Origin: Christensenellaceae bacterium
GTDB lineage: Bacteria; Bacillota; Clostridia; Christensenellales; Borkfalkiaceae
Assembly: GCA_045643385.1 (NCBI GenBank)
Contig: JAZUKR010000170.1
Location: 1-50,017 of the forward strand
DNA length: 50,017 bases
Reading direction: 5' to 3'
Below are positions 41,902 through 49,809 of this stretch, in pieces. Below the pieces are notes generated by a model. That model was not told where the DNA came from. It was given only the letters and a program-made list of their open reading frames with translations, and made no database searches. The position numbers and the translations under genes are program-made. How positions within the stretch are numbered: the first letter of the stretch is position 1; every line of letters begins with the position of its first letter.

Positions 41902-42963
41902 TTAAAATGCCTTGATTGTGTAGGTTTCGTCCATACGTTCAAATGAAGGAAGAACGATTTCAGAAACGGTTGTCTTTGTGTGAACAGGGTCAGAAGTAAC
42001 AGTTACAGTTACGGCAACACCACCGTCAACAACCTTGCAATCGTATGCAGGATTTGCAAGAAGTGTTCTCTCATCGGGTGTAGTACCATACCAAGTGCTA
42101 CCAAGAGTACCTTCGGGAATAAGTGTGAAGAAACCGTCTGCAAAGAATTTCTGTGCAACACCTGCTTCATTCTTGTACTGTTTGTTGTAAACAATTACAT
42201 CAACACCAAGTTCAGACTTGATATAAGCCTTAACGGTTTCGTTTGAAAGGTAAGGAACAGTAACAATGTTCTGTGAAAGAATTGCGTTCTTAACCTTTGC
42301 ATTGTTCTTGATGTGATTAAATGTAACGCTATTACAAATTGCTCTTGTAGGTCTGTTACCTGTTAATGCTTCAACGGCATCAAGTGCGGTTTCAATATTT
42401 GCAATAGGATCAGAATTGGTTTCATCAGACCAAGCAGAAGTTCCGCTATAAGCGTGATAGTTGTTGCTTGCGTATGAACCGTTAGGGTCATAGTTGTAAG
42501 CGTATGTTGCGCCGTCTGCGGAAATGCTAATTGAAGGGTTGCCGTTAGAAGTAAGAAGTTGCATAATCATTCTTTCGGGAACAACCTTTGCACCGTCAAT
42601 AAGTGTTTCTGCATCGTCAAATACTCTTGCAAGAACGTCCTTTGCATAAGGATCATTTGCATCAAGTACACGAAGCATTTCCTGCTCGTCCTTTTCTTTA
42701 ACAAGCATAGATTCTTTGAAGTAAGCCATTTCGGTTTCTTCAATCTTGATACCTTCTCTTGAACGAATTGTGGAAACTGTATCAAAAGCAGAAGGTGCTA
42801 AAGAAACAGGAAGTCCTTTTGATGTCTTAATCCAAGAAAGGTCAAGACCCATTTTCTTCTTTGTAGGGAAAAGTCCTGCGCCAAGGTATGCAATCTTATT
42901 TGATCCAACTGTTTCGTGAACAGATGCGATTGCCTGTGCGCTAAAAACGTCAGTTAAGTTCAT
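41902..42963 (-). CDS. Major capsid protein (lambda gpE-like family), 353 aa
   Basis: AAAGGAG SD. Size and position after the decoration and scaffold genes. N-terminal pattern typical of the E-like capsid family. Confidence 0.8.
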   Translation of the reverse strand: MNLTDVFSAQAIASVHETVGSNKIAYLGAGLFPTKKKMGLDLSWIKTSKGLPVSLAPSAFDTVSTIRSREGIKIEETEMAYFKESMLVKEKDEQEMLRVLDANDPYAKDVLARVFDDAETLIDGAKVVPERMIMQLLTSNGNPSISISADGATYAYNYDPNGSYASNNYHAYSGTSAWSDETNSDPIANIETALDAVEALTGNRPTRAICNSVTFNHIKNNAKVKNAILSQNIVTVPYLSNETVKAYIKSELGVDVIVYNKQYKNEAGVAQKFFADGFFTLIPEGTLGSTWYGTTPDERTLLANPAYDCKVVDGGVAVTVTVTSDPVHTKTTVSEIVLPSFERMDETYTIKAF

Positions 42964-42982
42964 AAGTCAATACTCCTTTCAA

Positions 42983-43321
42983 TTATTCAAAAATGATGTC
43001 GGCAAGTTTAGCCTTAAGGGGTGCATCGTAAGTAACACCACTATGAGCCTGTGCAACGGCAGAATTGATTGTTGCAAATGCCTTGATAAGTGAACCGTTA
43101 GGGTTGTCGCTAGTAACATCATAAAGAAGAATACCAACGGCATCATTGTTGCTAGAAGAAGTAGTTGCCTTTGCACCACTTGCGTTGATAGGTGTTCCTG
43201 CCTTGCACACACCGTTTGTGAATGCGCCAGAAGCGATAGTAACAGGAACGAGTAATTCACCACCTAATTTTCTCTTAAGAATTTCGGGTGTCATTCCTAC
43301 TGAATTATCAGTAAATTTCAT
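42983..43321 (-). CDS. Head decoration protein (gpD-like), 112 aa
   Basis: AAAGGAG SD 8 nt before the ATG at 43321. Small Ala/Gly/Thr-rich protein directly upstream of the E-like capsid gene. Confidence 0.5.
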   Translation of the reverse strand: MKFTDNSVGMTPEILKRKLGGELLVPVTIASGAFTNGVCKAGTPINASGAKATTSSSNNDAVGILLYDVTSDNPNGSLIKAFATINSAVAQAHSGVTYDAPLKAKLADIIFE

Positions 43322-43344
43322 AATAGAATCTCCTTTCAAGATTT

Positions 43345-43917
43345 TTATAAATATGCGTTGACGATAGCATCAGAAGCATTGTTTGAAGCGTTTGCCAAAG
43401 ATTGAGCAACACTAGCAATCAATTCGCTTTCCGGTGTCTTTCCGTCATTATCTTTATTGCCACCGCTAGGATTTGGAGTTCCTTTTAGCAATTCCTGTTC
43501 CTTTGCGGAAATAGCCTTTGTTTCTCTGTCGGTAATGATCTGACCTAAAACAGATGTGTCAAGTTTTCCGTCTGTATCAAATAACTTTTCTGCGCTTTCG
43601 CCTGTTATGCCGATTTCTGCAAGACTTTTTTGAAGATTGATTTTTGCAATCTGCGCTTGCAACTCTAAAATCTGTGCATTTGCGGTTTCGGTCGCTTTGT
43701 TAGCCTTTTCAAGTTCGGTTAAGTTTGCGTTGTTAATTTCGTCTAACTTTGATTGCAAGTCCGCAACCTTTAAAGCATCGGTCTTGTACTTTTCTGCAAG
43801 TTCCTTAACCTTTTTTGTTTCACCGCCTATCTGATTAAGATAGTTCGATACCTGTTCGTCCGTGGGTGATTCAATACCCAAAGCCTTGAGCATTTCGCCT
43901 GCTTGTTCTCTTGTCAT
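43345..43917 (-). CDS. Scaffolding protein, 190 aa
   Basis: Helical, coiled-coil, acidic. Lies between the gp7-like and capsid genes. SD GGAAAGGAAA. Confidence 0.65.
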   Translation of the reverse strand: MTREQAGEMLKALGIESPTDEQVSNYLNQIGGETKKVKELAEKYKTDALKVADLQSKLDEINNANLTELEKANKATETANAQILELQAQIAKINLQKSLAEIGITGESAEKLFDTDGKLDTSVLGQIITDRETKAISAKEQELLKGTPNPSGGNKDNDGKTPESELIASVAQSLANASNNASDAIVNAYL

Positions 43918-44041
43918 TTCATTTCCTTTCCACACCGTCATTTGTTAACGCAGGTCTGTCTGCATTGGTGTTCCACATTCACGCAAGTGGGGCATAATTT
44001 ATTTAAATTTTTATATTAAAAAAAGTGCCGTTAAGCACCTT

Positions 44042-44689
44042 TTATCTAAAGTATTTGCATACGCAACGGCAATTAATAAGTTCCTTTGCTTCTGCATTTA
44101 AACTTTCGTCAAGCGGAAATAGCATTTCGCTATTGCCAACCTTAAATGGTGATTGAATCGGTCGCTCTTGACCGTCAACCATTACGTGAGTATGTCTAAC
44201 TTTCTTATCACGCATTGTTTCCCAACGCTTAAAGGCATATCCGGCTTTGATTGCTTCGATATGCTCTTGGTAATTTCCAAAAGCATTCGCATCGTTGCAA
44301 CCAATCGTTACCGCCCTATCATTTGACAAGTAATATTCCTTGGCTAATTGTTCTTCCGTGGTCTTTATCACTTCGTCAGAAATGAAATCAACGTAATCAC
44401 CGTAGTAATCATCTTCCGTGTCATATTTGTGGCGGTCTAGCACGTCCATATAGCCACGTTCAAGATAATCTTTAAGGTATTCGTCATCTAATTCGTTTCC
44501 CACCGCTATAAGAGCCGATATGAACACGAAAAGAGCAATATACATAACGCTTATATCTTCCGCAAGCGAAATGCGTTCTTCGATTTCGTCAAGGTCTAAA
44601 TCCATTTCTTCAAAATACTTTTTAATGGTCTGCTTGTCTTTTTCGGTAAGCAGGTTATTTAATTGGTCGATTGAAGAAAGATTTGCCAT
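44042..44689 (-). CDS. Head morphogenesis protein (SPP1 gp7 / Mu F family), 215 aa
   Basis: Follows the portal gene. C-terminal VRHTHV...NCRCVC motif. Confidence 0.7.
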   Translation of the reverse strand: MANLSSIDQLNNLLTEKDKQTIKKYFEEMDLDLDEIEERISLAEDISVMYIALFVFISALIAVGNELDDEYLKDYLERGYMDVLDRHKYDTEDDYYGDYVDFISDEVIKTTEEQLAKEYYLSNDRAVTIGCNDANAFGNYQEHIEAIKAGYAFKRWETMRDKKVRHTHVMVDGQERPIQSPFKVGNSEMLFPLDESLNAEAKELINCRCVCKYFR

Positions 44690-44691
44690 TT

Positions 44692-46116
44692 TTAATTACC
44701 ATTATTTTCGATTGTTACCGTTTCCTTGATTTGCGTGGGATAAAGCACGTTCATTCTGTCTTGACTTTCCACCGCAACTTGTTCGGGATCGCTAAACAAC
44801 CCAACTGTCTTAATCGCTCTTGAACTGTCAATACCGCAATTGAGAAGAATCTGTAATACTTCTGCCTTGGTAAGCATATTATCAAGTTTGGAACGAGAAA
44901 TTTTAATTTCCACATCGCTAGGTGTAAGAGTAAATCCCTTAAACACTCTTAAGCGATTTAATAACAGGCGTAATGTCATTCTTTCAGAACGTTTGAAGAT
45001 AGGTTCGTTGATTTCTGCACGCTTTTCGTTGTTGTAGAAACCGTTACGAAGCATTACCGCATTACCGGTATCACCACCGGAGTTTTTCTGCCTGTTTGCA
45101 AGACCTTGGATTTCCAAAAATTTATCGTAAAGGTCTGTAACCGCAACTTGGCTTTCGGTCTGGTTAAGTTCTTGTGAAAGAATATCAACATCGGCTTTGT
45201 TTTCAGATCCGTTGTTTGACTTAACAACCAAAGCACCTTCATCACGCATTTGCTTGTAAGTTTCGCTATCAATTTCACAATTGACAAACTTAATAAAACT
45301 TGAAACAAATTGTGTAATACCATTTGAACGGTCAGATGCCATTAAATTAATTTCGTCTGTTATTTGAATTGTGATTTCAATGTCTGATAATCTTCTTGCG
45401 TTGTTGGGATATTCAATAACAGGAATGTCACCGTTACCGTTAATCGCATTTTGAATTATCGCATTGCCTTGTATGATAAAATATTCACCGCTTGTGAAAA
45501 CCAAGTATTGAGTATTATCGTTCTCGTCCGTTGTTATCTGACAACTAAAAGCAGGTCTGCCGTTGTTGAAGTAACATACAAATGTGTATCTTGGGTCACA
45601 AGTAGTGATTGAGAAAGGGGTTTCGTCAAGTAATTTACCGTTGTTATTGTCATTTCCAATAAAGCGATATGCCGTACCACATATGCTTCGCCAACGGCAA
45701 AGTTCAATATCTTCGTAGGCTTTATCTTCGCTATCAACAAGCGAATTAAGCATTACGATTTCTTCCGACTTCTTTTCATCAGTTCCGTGTAAAACGTACT
45801 GAATGGGTTCGCCTGCCATTTCAGAAGTCTTTGATTCAACAACCATAAACGCAAGGTTTTCAACAATTTTGTTGTTTACTTCCGGTCTTACGTCTTTTTT
45901 GCGATACAAAATCGGTTGATCACCACGATAATAGCCGTCAAGGTACTGTATTTCGGCTTTGTTTATGTTGTGAATGTAAAGTGCTTTATTCAGTTCTTCA
46001 ATTACATTGTCCTTTGTGATAGCAAGTGCGTTAGTTGTTATAACTTTTCGCCCAAACTGACAATCACACAATGCAGAAAAAGGTCTGTAATTTTTTCCGT
46101 TATATTTCCAAGCCAT
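44692..46116 (-). CDS. Portal protein (SPP1 gp6-like), 474 aa
   Basis: Size, position and the pattern QYLDGYYRGDQPILYRKKDVRPEVNNKIVENLA. TAATG coupling with the upstream Zn-ribbon gene. Confidence 0.85.
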   Translation of the reverse strand: MAWKYNGKNYRPFSALCDCQFGRKVITTNALAITKDNVIEELNKALYIHNINKAEIQYLDGYYRGDQPILYRKKDVRPEVNNKIVENLAFMVVESKTSEMAGEPIQYVLHGTDEKKSEEIVMLNSLVDSEDKAYEDIELCRWRSICGTAYRFIGNDNNNGKLLDETPFSITTCDPRYTFVCYFNNGRPAFSCQITTDENDNTQYLVFTSGEYFIIQGNAIIQNAINGNGDIPVIEYPNNARRLSDIEITIQITDEINLMASDRSNGITQFVSSFIKFVNCEIDSETYKQMRDEGALVVKSNNGSENKADVDILSQELNQTESQVAVTDLYDKFLEIQGLANRQKNSGGDTGNAVMLRNGFYNNEKRAEINEPIFKRSERMTLRLLLNRLRVFKGFTLTPSDVEIKISRSKLDNMLTKAEVLQILLNCGIDSSRAIKTVGLFSDPEQVAVESQDRMNVLYPTQIKETVTIENNGN

Positions 46117-46310
46117 TAATACCACCTTGTACCGCTAGAACTTTTCCTTGCGGTTTGTTCAATAATCTTCGTTGTATTCGTATTAGGGTTAAAACAAACT
46201 ACTCTGCCACATTTGCAAAGTGTTGATTTAGGAATTGTGCTTCTGCCGTCATAAGTCATAACTTGTGCTTTGCATTTAGGGCAATTAATAGGTATTCGTT
46301 TAAATTCCAT
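46116..46310 (-). CDS. Zinc-ribbon protein with Mu Com-like architecture, 64 aa
   Basis: CPKCKAQ ... CKCGRVVCF, two CxxC knuckles in a protein of about 60 aa. Translationally coupled to the portal gene. Confidence 0.6.
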   Translation of the reverse strand: MEFKRIPINCPKCKAQVMTYDGRSTIPKSTLCKCGRVVCFNPNTNTTKIIEQTARKSSSGTRWY

Positions 46311-46318
46311 TGCCTTTT

Positions 46319-46352
46319 ACAAAACAAAAACAAGCAGACCAAAATCTGCTTG
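46319..46352 (-). terminator. Intrinsic terminator 20 nt upstream of the Zn-ribbon/portal genes
   Basis: Minus strand CAAGCAGA-ttttgg-TCTGCTTG followed by TTTTTGTTTTGT. Confidence 0.7.
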
Positions 46353-46464
46353 CTTTCTAGGTATACATTATGGGGTGTTTTCTATGAGCAAAAAGACTAG
46401 ATATACTTTTCACTAATACCAAATTAGCATTTCAAAAATGTGAATGCAATATTTATGGACTATA

Positions 46465-46887
46465 TTAGTCAAAAACTTTGCCTAAACGCTTTGTAATAGT
46501 GCTTCTTTCAAGTCCATAGCGATCTGCAATCTGTTTATCGGTGCAACCGTAAAGGTATTTTAAAGCAAATATCTTTCGTGTTTCCGCATCTTCAATCAAT
46601 TCAATTTGGTTTGCCAACTCGTTTTCAAGGCTTTCATACAATTTGCGTTTACCTTGTAAGTCAATGAACATTTGACGAATCTGCTTTTTGTATTCTTCGT
46701 CACTTGTTATGTCTGAACCAGAAATTACAAAGTGCGCTTCTGCATACGGAAAGTCTTTCATTGAGCCACGAACAGTTCCGTGTTCCGCAGGAATGCGTTT
46801 GTGACTTAATCGGTCAAACTTCTTGTCAAGTTCTTTATATTCTCTTTGTGCCTGTTGATAAGCAAGGACTAATTCTCTTGTAACCAT
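46465..46887 (-). CDS. Sigma-70 region-4-like phage transcriptional regulator (DUF1492-like layout), 140 aa
   Basis: AGGGGAA SD before the ATG at 46887. C-terminus RKIFALKYLYGCTDKQIADRYGLERSTITKRLGKV. Confidence 0.6.
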   Translation of the reverse strand: MVTRELVLAYQQAQREYKELDKKFDRLSHKRIPAEHGTVRGSMKDFPYAEAHFVISGSDITSDEEYKKQIRQMFIDLQGKRKLYESLENELANQIELIEDAETRKIFALKYLYGCTDKQIADRYGLERSTITKRLGKVFD

Positions 46888-46891
46888 TCTT

Positions 46892-48679
46892 CTACATTCC
46901 CCTAAACGGATTGCGTACCACTTCAATCGTTCCGTTAGATTTCTTTTCGCTCATAATTGCCAACTGTGCCAAACTATCTGGTGCATCATCAAAACTATTC
47001 TTACCTTCGCTTGTATACATACTCATATCGTCCATAGCGTTTTGATAATCTGCATCACGTTCAAAAAATAATATGTCTGGATCATTTATGGGTTCTACAT
47101 TGTGACGTTTTGGCGGTAAGAACTCAAAATTGTCTTTGATGTAGTCCGAATAACCCATAATCTTATCTTCTTTGGACATTCTGTTCGGTGCGGAAACGGA
47201 ATTGAGTTTGCAATTATAAACTTCTTGTCGCATCATTTCGGCTTTAATGTCTTTTTCAAGCAATAAGCCTGCACCGTTCTTTTCTATTCGCATTTCGGTT
47301 ATCTTGTGGTCGCTCATCGCATTTACAACTCTTGGTATCGTAAATTTGATTGTTCGGCTATCGTATATCCAACCACAAATTAACTTACGTCCGTTATTTA
47401 ATTCATAGCATATCGGTGTTGACAATTTATCGTGCGCACCAAAGGCAGGGTCAGTAACCGAATATACTCTTTTGATTTCGCTTACGTGAACATAACCGTC
47501 AAAGTAATTAAGTTCGTCAGTAGGAAACAACAAACCTTCACGAACATACGGCTTTTGTTGATACTTGCTTTGCCACTCTGCGTTATCAAGCCTTTCACGC
47601 ATTTCTTTGTAGTATTCTGTCGAAAATCCGTGTAGCACATAATCAAAATTGCTTTCTTCATTTTCGTCTAATGCCGGAATACGCAAAAACTTATACTGTG
47701 GATCATTGCCGTATAACTTGTATAAGCGTTCAAGTGGGTCAAATACGTTCCACAACGTACCTACCATTAGTTCTTGTGCGCCGTCATTCTTACGGTCAAC
47801 CATTTTGTTTAGGTATTCTTGGAATGTTTCTTCCATACGTGTCGGCGATAATGAATGTTGTCTATCACGAACTAAATCGTCTACGTACAAAATACCGTCA
47901 CTTGATACGTCAACCGCGCCTGTCCAAGTGGCATCGATGCCCCTACATACTAAACTTGGAAAACGGTCTGGCGCATCTAGGTTAATTGAATAATCTTCTG
48001 CCGATTTGTCACGAATCATTGTGTGACCTGCGTGGTAATAGTTGAAAAGTTCTTCAAAAGTATATTCCGCAGACGTAATCAAGTTTAACAATTCCTTGTA
48101 AAACCCTTTTACTAGTGTTCCTGCGTGTCCACCCATTGCGTTGTGACTATTTGGTTCACGGAGAACCTTCCACGTCAAAAAGAAAATGCAAATTGTTGAT
48201 TTTCCTACACGGCTTGGCATAGATACGCCGAGAAACTTATATTTGCGTTCTTCAAGTGCTTGTAATTCTCTTGCAACAAGAACAAGTGACGGTTTTCCGT
48301 CTTTTGTGTATCTTCTTGGCGCATAAAACTTCTTGTCATAAGCACGATTGCGTTCCATATAGGCTATAAAACTTTCAAATAGCCAAAATGCTTCTTCACG
48401 AATGATCTTCCATAGCACTTCGACTTCCGGAATTGATGCACCTGTTTCAAGTCGGTATCTGTCCGCTTGCTCTGCCGTTACACCTGCTTGTTCGAACAAT
48501 ATGGCTAAATAACCCCTTGCTTGTTTAAGCAGATCCAAGCCGTATTCAACGTCTAATTCGCCAAATGCTATGTGCGCCAAGTCCACAAACATATCAATGT
48601 CATAAACCTGCATTATGCCGTTAGGTGCTTTTTGCCTTATGAACTCATTGGTTGTTTGTATTAGGTCTTGACTTGCCAT
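46892..48679 (-). CDS. terL: Terminase large subunit, 595 aa
   Basis: Walker A SRVGKST. Walker-B-like ILYVDDLV. Size and position upstream of the portal gene. Confidence 0.85.
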   Translation of the reverse strand: MASQDLIQTTNEFIRQKAPNGIMQVYDIDMFVDLAHIAFGELDVEYGLDLLKQARGYLAILFEQAGVTAEQADRYRLETGASIPEVEVLWKIIREEAFWLFESFIAYMERNRAYDKKFYAPRRYTKDGKPSLVLVARELQALEERKYKFLGVSMPSRVGKSTICIFFLTWKVLREPNSHNAMGGHAGTLVKGFYKELLNLITSAEYTFEELFNYYHAGHTMIRDKSAEDYSINLDAPDRFPSLVCRGIDATWTGAVDVSSDGILYVDDLVRDRQHSLSPTRMEETFQEYLNKMVDRKNDGAQELMVGTLWNVFDPLERLYKLYGNDPQYKFLRIPALDENEESNFDYVLHGFSTEYYKEMRERLDNAEWQSKYQQKPYVREGLLFPTDELNYFDGYVHVSEIKRVYSVTDPAFGAHDKLSTPICYELNNGRKLICGWIYDSRTIKFTIPRVVNAMSDHKITEMRIEKNGAGLLLEKDIKAEMMRQEVYNCKLNSVSAPNRMSKEDKIMGYSDYIKDNFEFLPPKRHNVEPINDPDILFFERDADYQNAMDDMSMYTSEGKNSFDDAPDSLAQLAIMSEKKSNGTIEVVRNPFRGM

Positions 48680-49159
48680 TTATACCCTTTCCTTGACTTC
48701 AAAACACCATTGATACGCGGTCGGTGGCTTGTATTCCGACATTGGTATAATCAACCATTCGCCGTTAAGCGTATATTCAAACACGCTTTGCCAAAATAAT
48801 TGTGCAATTACGTTTCCTTCAAGCACCCACAACGCATATTTGCCGTAATGACCTTGACGTACATAGCGTTCAAGTGCTTTTGTCATAAGTCCTTTACGTC
48901 TGTATTCCTTGCGGATATATGCTTGCTCTATGAAATAGTCTGCACCTTCCGGAACGTCACGTCCGCGCTTGCCCAAAATAAGAAATCCAACTATCTGTCC
49001 GTCATCAGAAAATATGTCAAGCCATTCATAACCGGTAAACAGGTATTCATTTACCCATTCGTGCCAATGGCTACGGTCGCGAAGAATCGTTTTGTCATAC
49101 TGACCTAATTCTTCCCAATATGCGTATGCCATTTTCCCACGTAATTCGTATTTGTCCAT
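48680..49159 (-). CDS. GNAT-family N-acetyltransferase, 159 aa
   Basis: The motif A region YIRKEYRRKGLMTKALERYV fits the R-x-x-G-x-G/A consensus (RRKGLM). The stop abuts the terL ATG. Confidence 0.65.
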   Translation of the reverse strand: MDKYELRGKMAYAYWEELGQYDKTILRDRSHWHEWVNEYLFTGYEWLDIFSDDGQIVGFLILGKRGRDVPEGADYFIEQAYIRKEYRRKGLMTKALERYVRQGHYGKYALWVLEGNVIAQLFWQSVFEYTLNGEWLIIPMSEYKPPTAYQWCFEVKERV

Positions 49160-49467
49160 TACTTCAAATCTTCCCCTTGGTAAACGCTATCATCGCTTGT
49201 AACCATATAACTGATTATGTCGCTCAATAGTCTTGGACTTTTAATAACCATTAACGATTCCCATATAGGCAAATCACTCCAATCTTTAATCAAATCGCGG
49301 TATTCGATCCTAAATTGCTTTAACCAACGTTTCTCTTTGCCCTTGGTGCAATTAATGATCTTGTCGATTTCGTCTGAAATCATAATTTTATAAAGCGACT
49401 TTTCGAAATTAACGATTGTGTTGTTAAGTCCTTTGGGATATTTCTTTTCAAACTGTTTCTTTGTCAT
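49159..49467 (-). CDS. Hypothetical protein, 102 aa; small terminase by position only
   Basis: AAAAGGTG SD 6 nt before the ATG at 49467. TAATG coupling to the GNAT gene. No TerS motif recognised. Confidence 0.55.
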   Translation of the reverse strand: MTKKQFEKKYPKGLNNTIVNFEKSLYKIMISDEIDKIINCTKGKEKRWLKQFRIEYRDLIKDWSDLPIWESLMVIKSPRLLSDIISYMVTSDDSVYQGEDLK

Positions 49468-49504
49468 ACCAAACACCTTTTTATTTTTTTAAAATTTTTC
49501 AGAC

Positions 49505-49576
49505 CTGCCCTTGCAGGATTCGAACCTACGCATAATGGATTCAAAGTCCACCGCCTTACCGCTTGGCTAAAGGGCA
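49505..49576 (-). tRNA. tRNA-Gln: tRNA-Gln (anticodon UUG), 72 nt
   Basis: Hand-folded cloverleaf: acceptor TGCCCTT/AAGGGCA; D arm GCCAAGCGGTAAGGC, nearly identical to that of E. coli tRNA-Gln; anticodon stem GTGGA/TCCAT with loop CTTTGAA; T arm GTAGG-TTCGAAT-CCTGC. Confidence 0.9.
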
Positions 49577-49650
49577 ATATGGGGCAATGCGTGCGTGGCA
49601 CTACCCCACTTTATTGGGAGATAAATAAATGCAATCGTTCAAAAGAACGA

Positions 49651-49756
49651 AACGCTATGTGGGATTTGAACCCCACCGATAAGGTAAAATCGTTTGTTAA
49701 ATAACTGTATACGGAGGCACGCAAAACCCTTATCCTGCACCGTTGTGCAATAGCGT
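49651..49756 (-). ncRNA. Aberrant 106-nt tRNA-like element with a 43-nt expanded anticodon-position loop
   Basis: 7-bp acceptor ACGCTAT/ATAGCGT. T arm GTGGG-GTTCAAAT-CCCAC. Compact hairpin TGCAC-AACG-GTGCA at the D position. 7-bp helix GATAAGG/CCTTATC closing 43 nt. Confidence 0.5.
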
Positions 49757-49781
49757 ATAGGAAGAATAAAAACAATCACCC

Positions 49782-49809
49782 CCCAATGGTTAGGCAAATT
49801 CCCATTGGG
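49782..49809. other. Perfect 8-bp hairpin CCCAATGG-N12-CCATTGGG upstream of the tRNA-like element
   Basis: Read directly from the sequence. One of several hairpins in the late-operon leader (49580-49990). Confidence 0.6.

Noticed and set aside
42979-43263. 94-aa alternative-frame minus-strand ORF over the decoration gene
   Set aside because: It is nested out of frame in a gene that has a proper AAAGGAG SD and a sensible product. It has no SD of its own.
49651-49756. tRNA-like element as tmRNA, tRNA-Sec or an ordinary long-variable-arm tRNA
   Set aside because: - At 106 nt, with the acceptor arms at both ends, it is too short for tmRNA.
- The extra sequence sits at the anticodon position, not the variable-arm position.
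- The acceptor stem is 7 bp rather than 8, and no UCA anticodon loop can be drawn.
- It is therefore reported only as an aberrant tRNA-like element.
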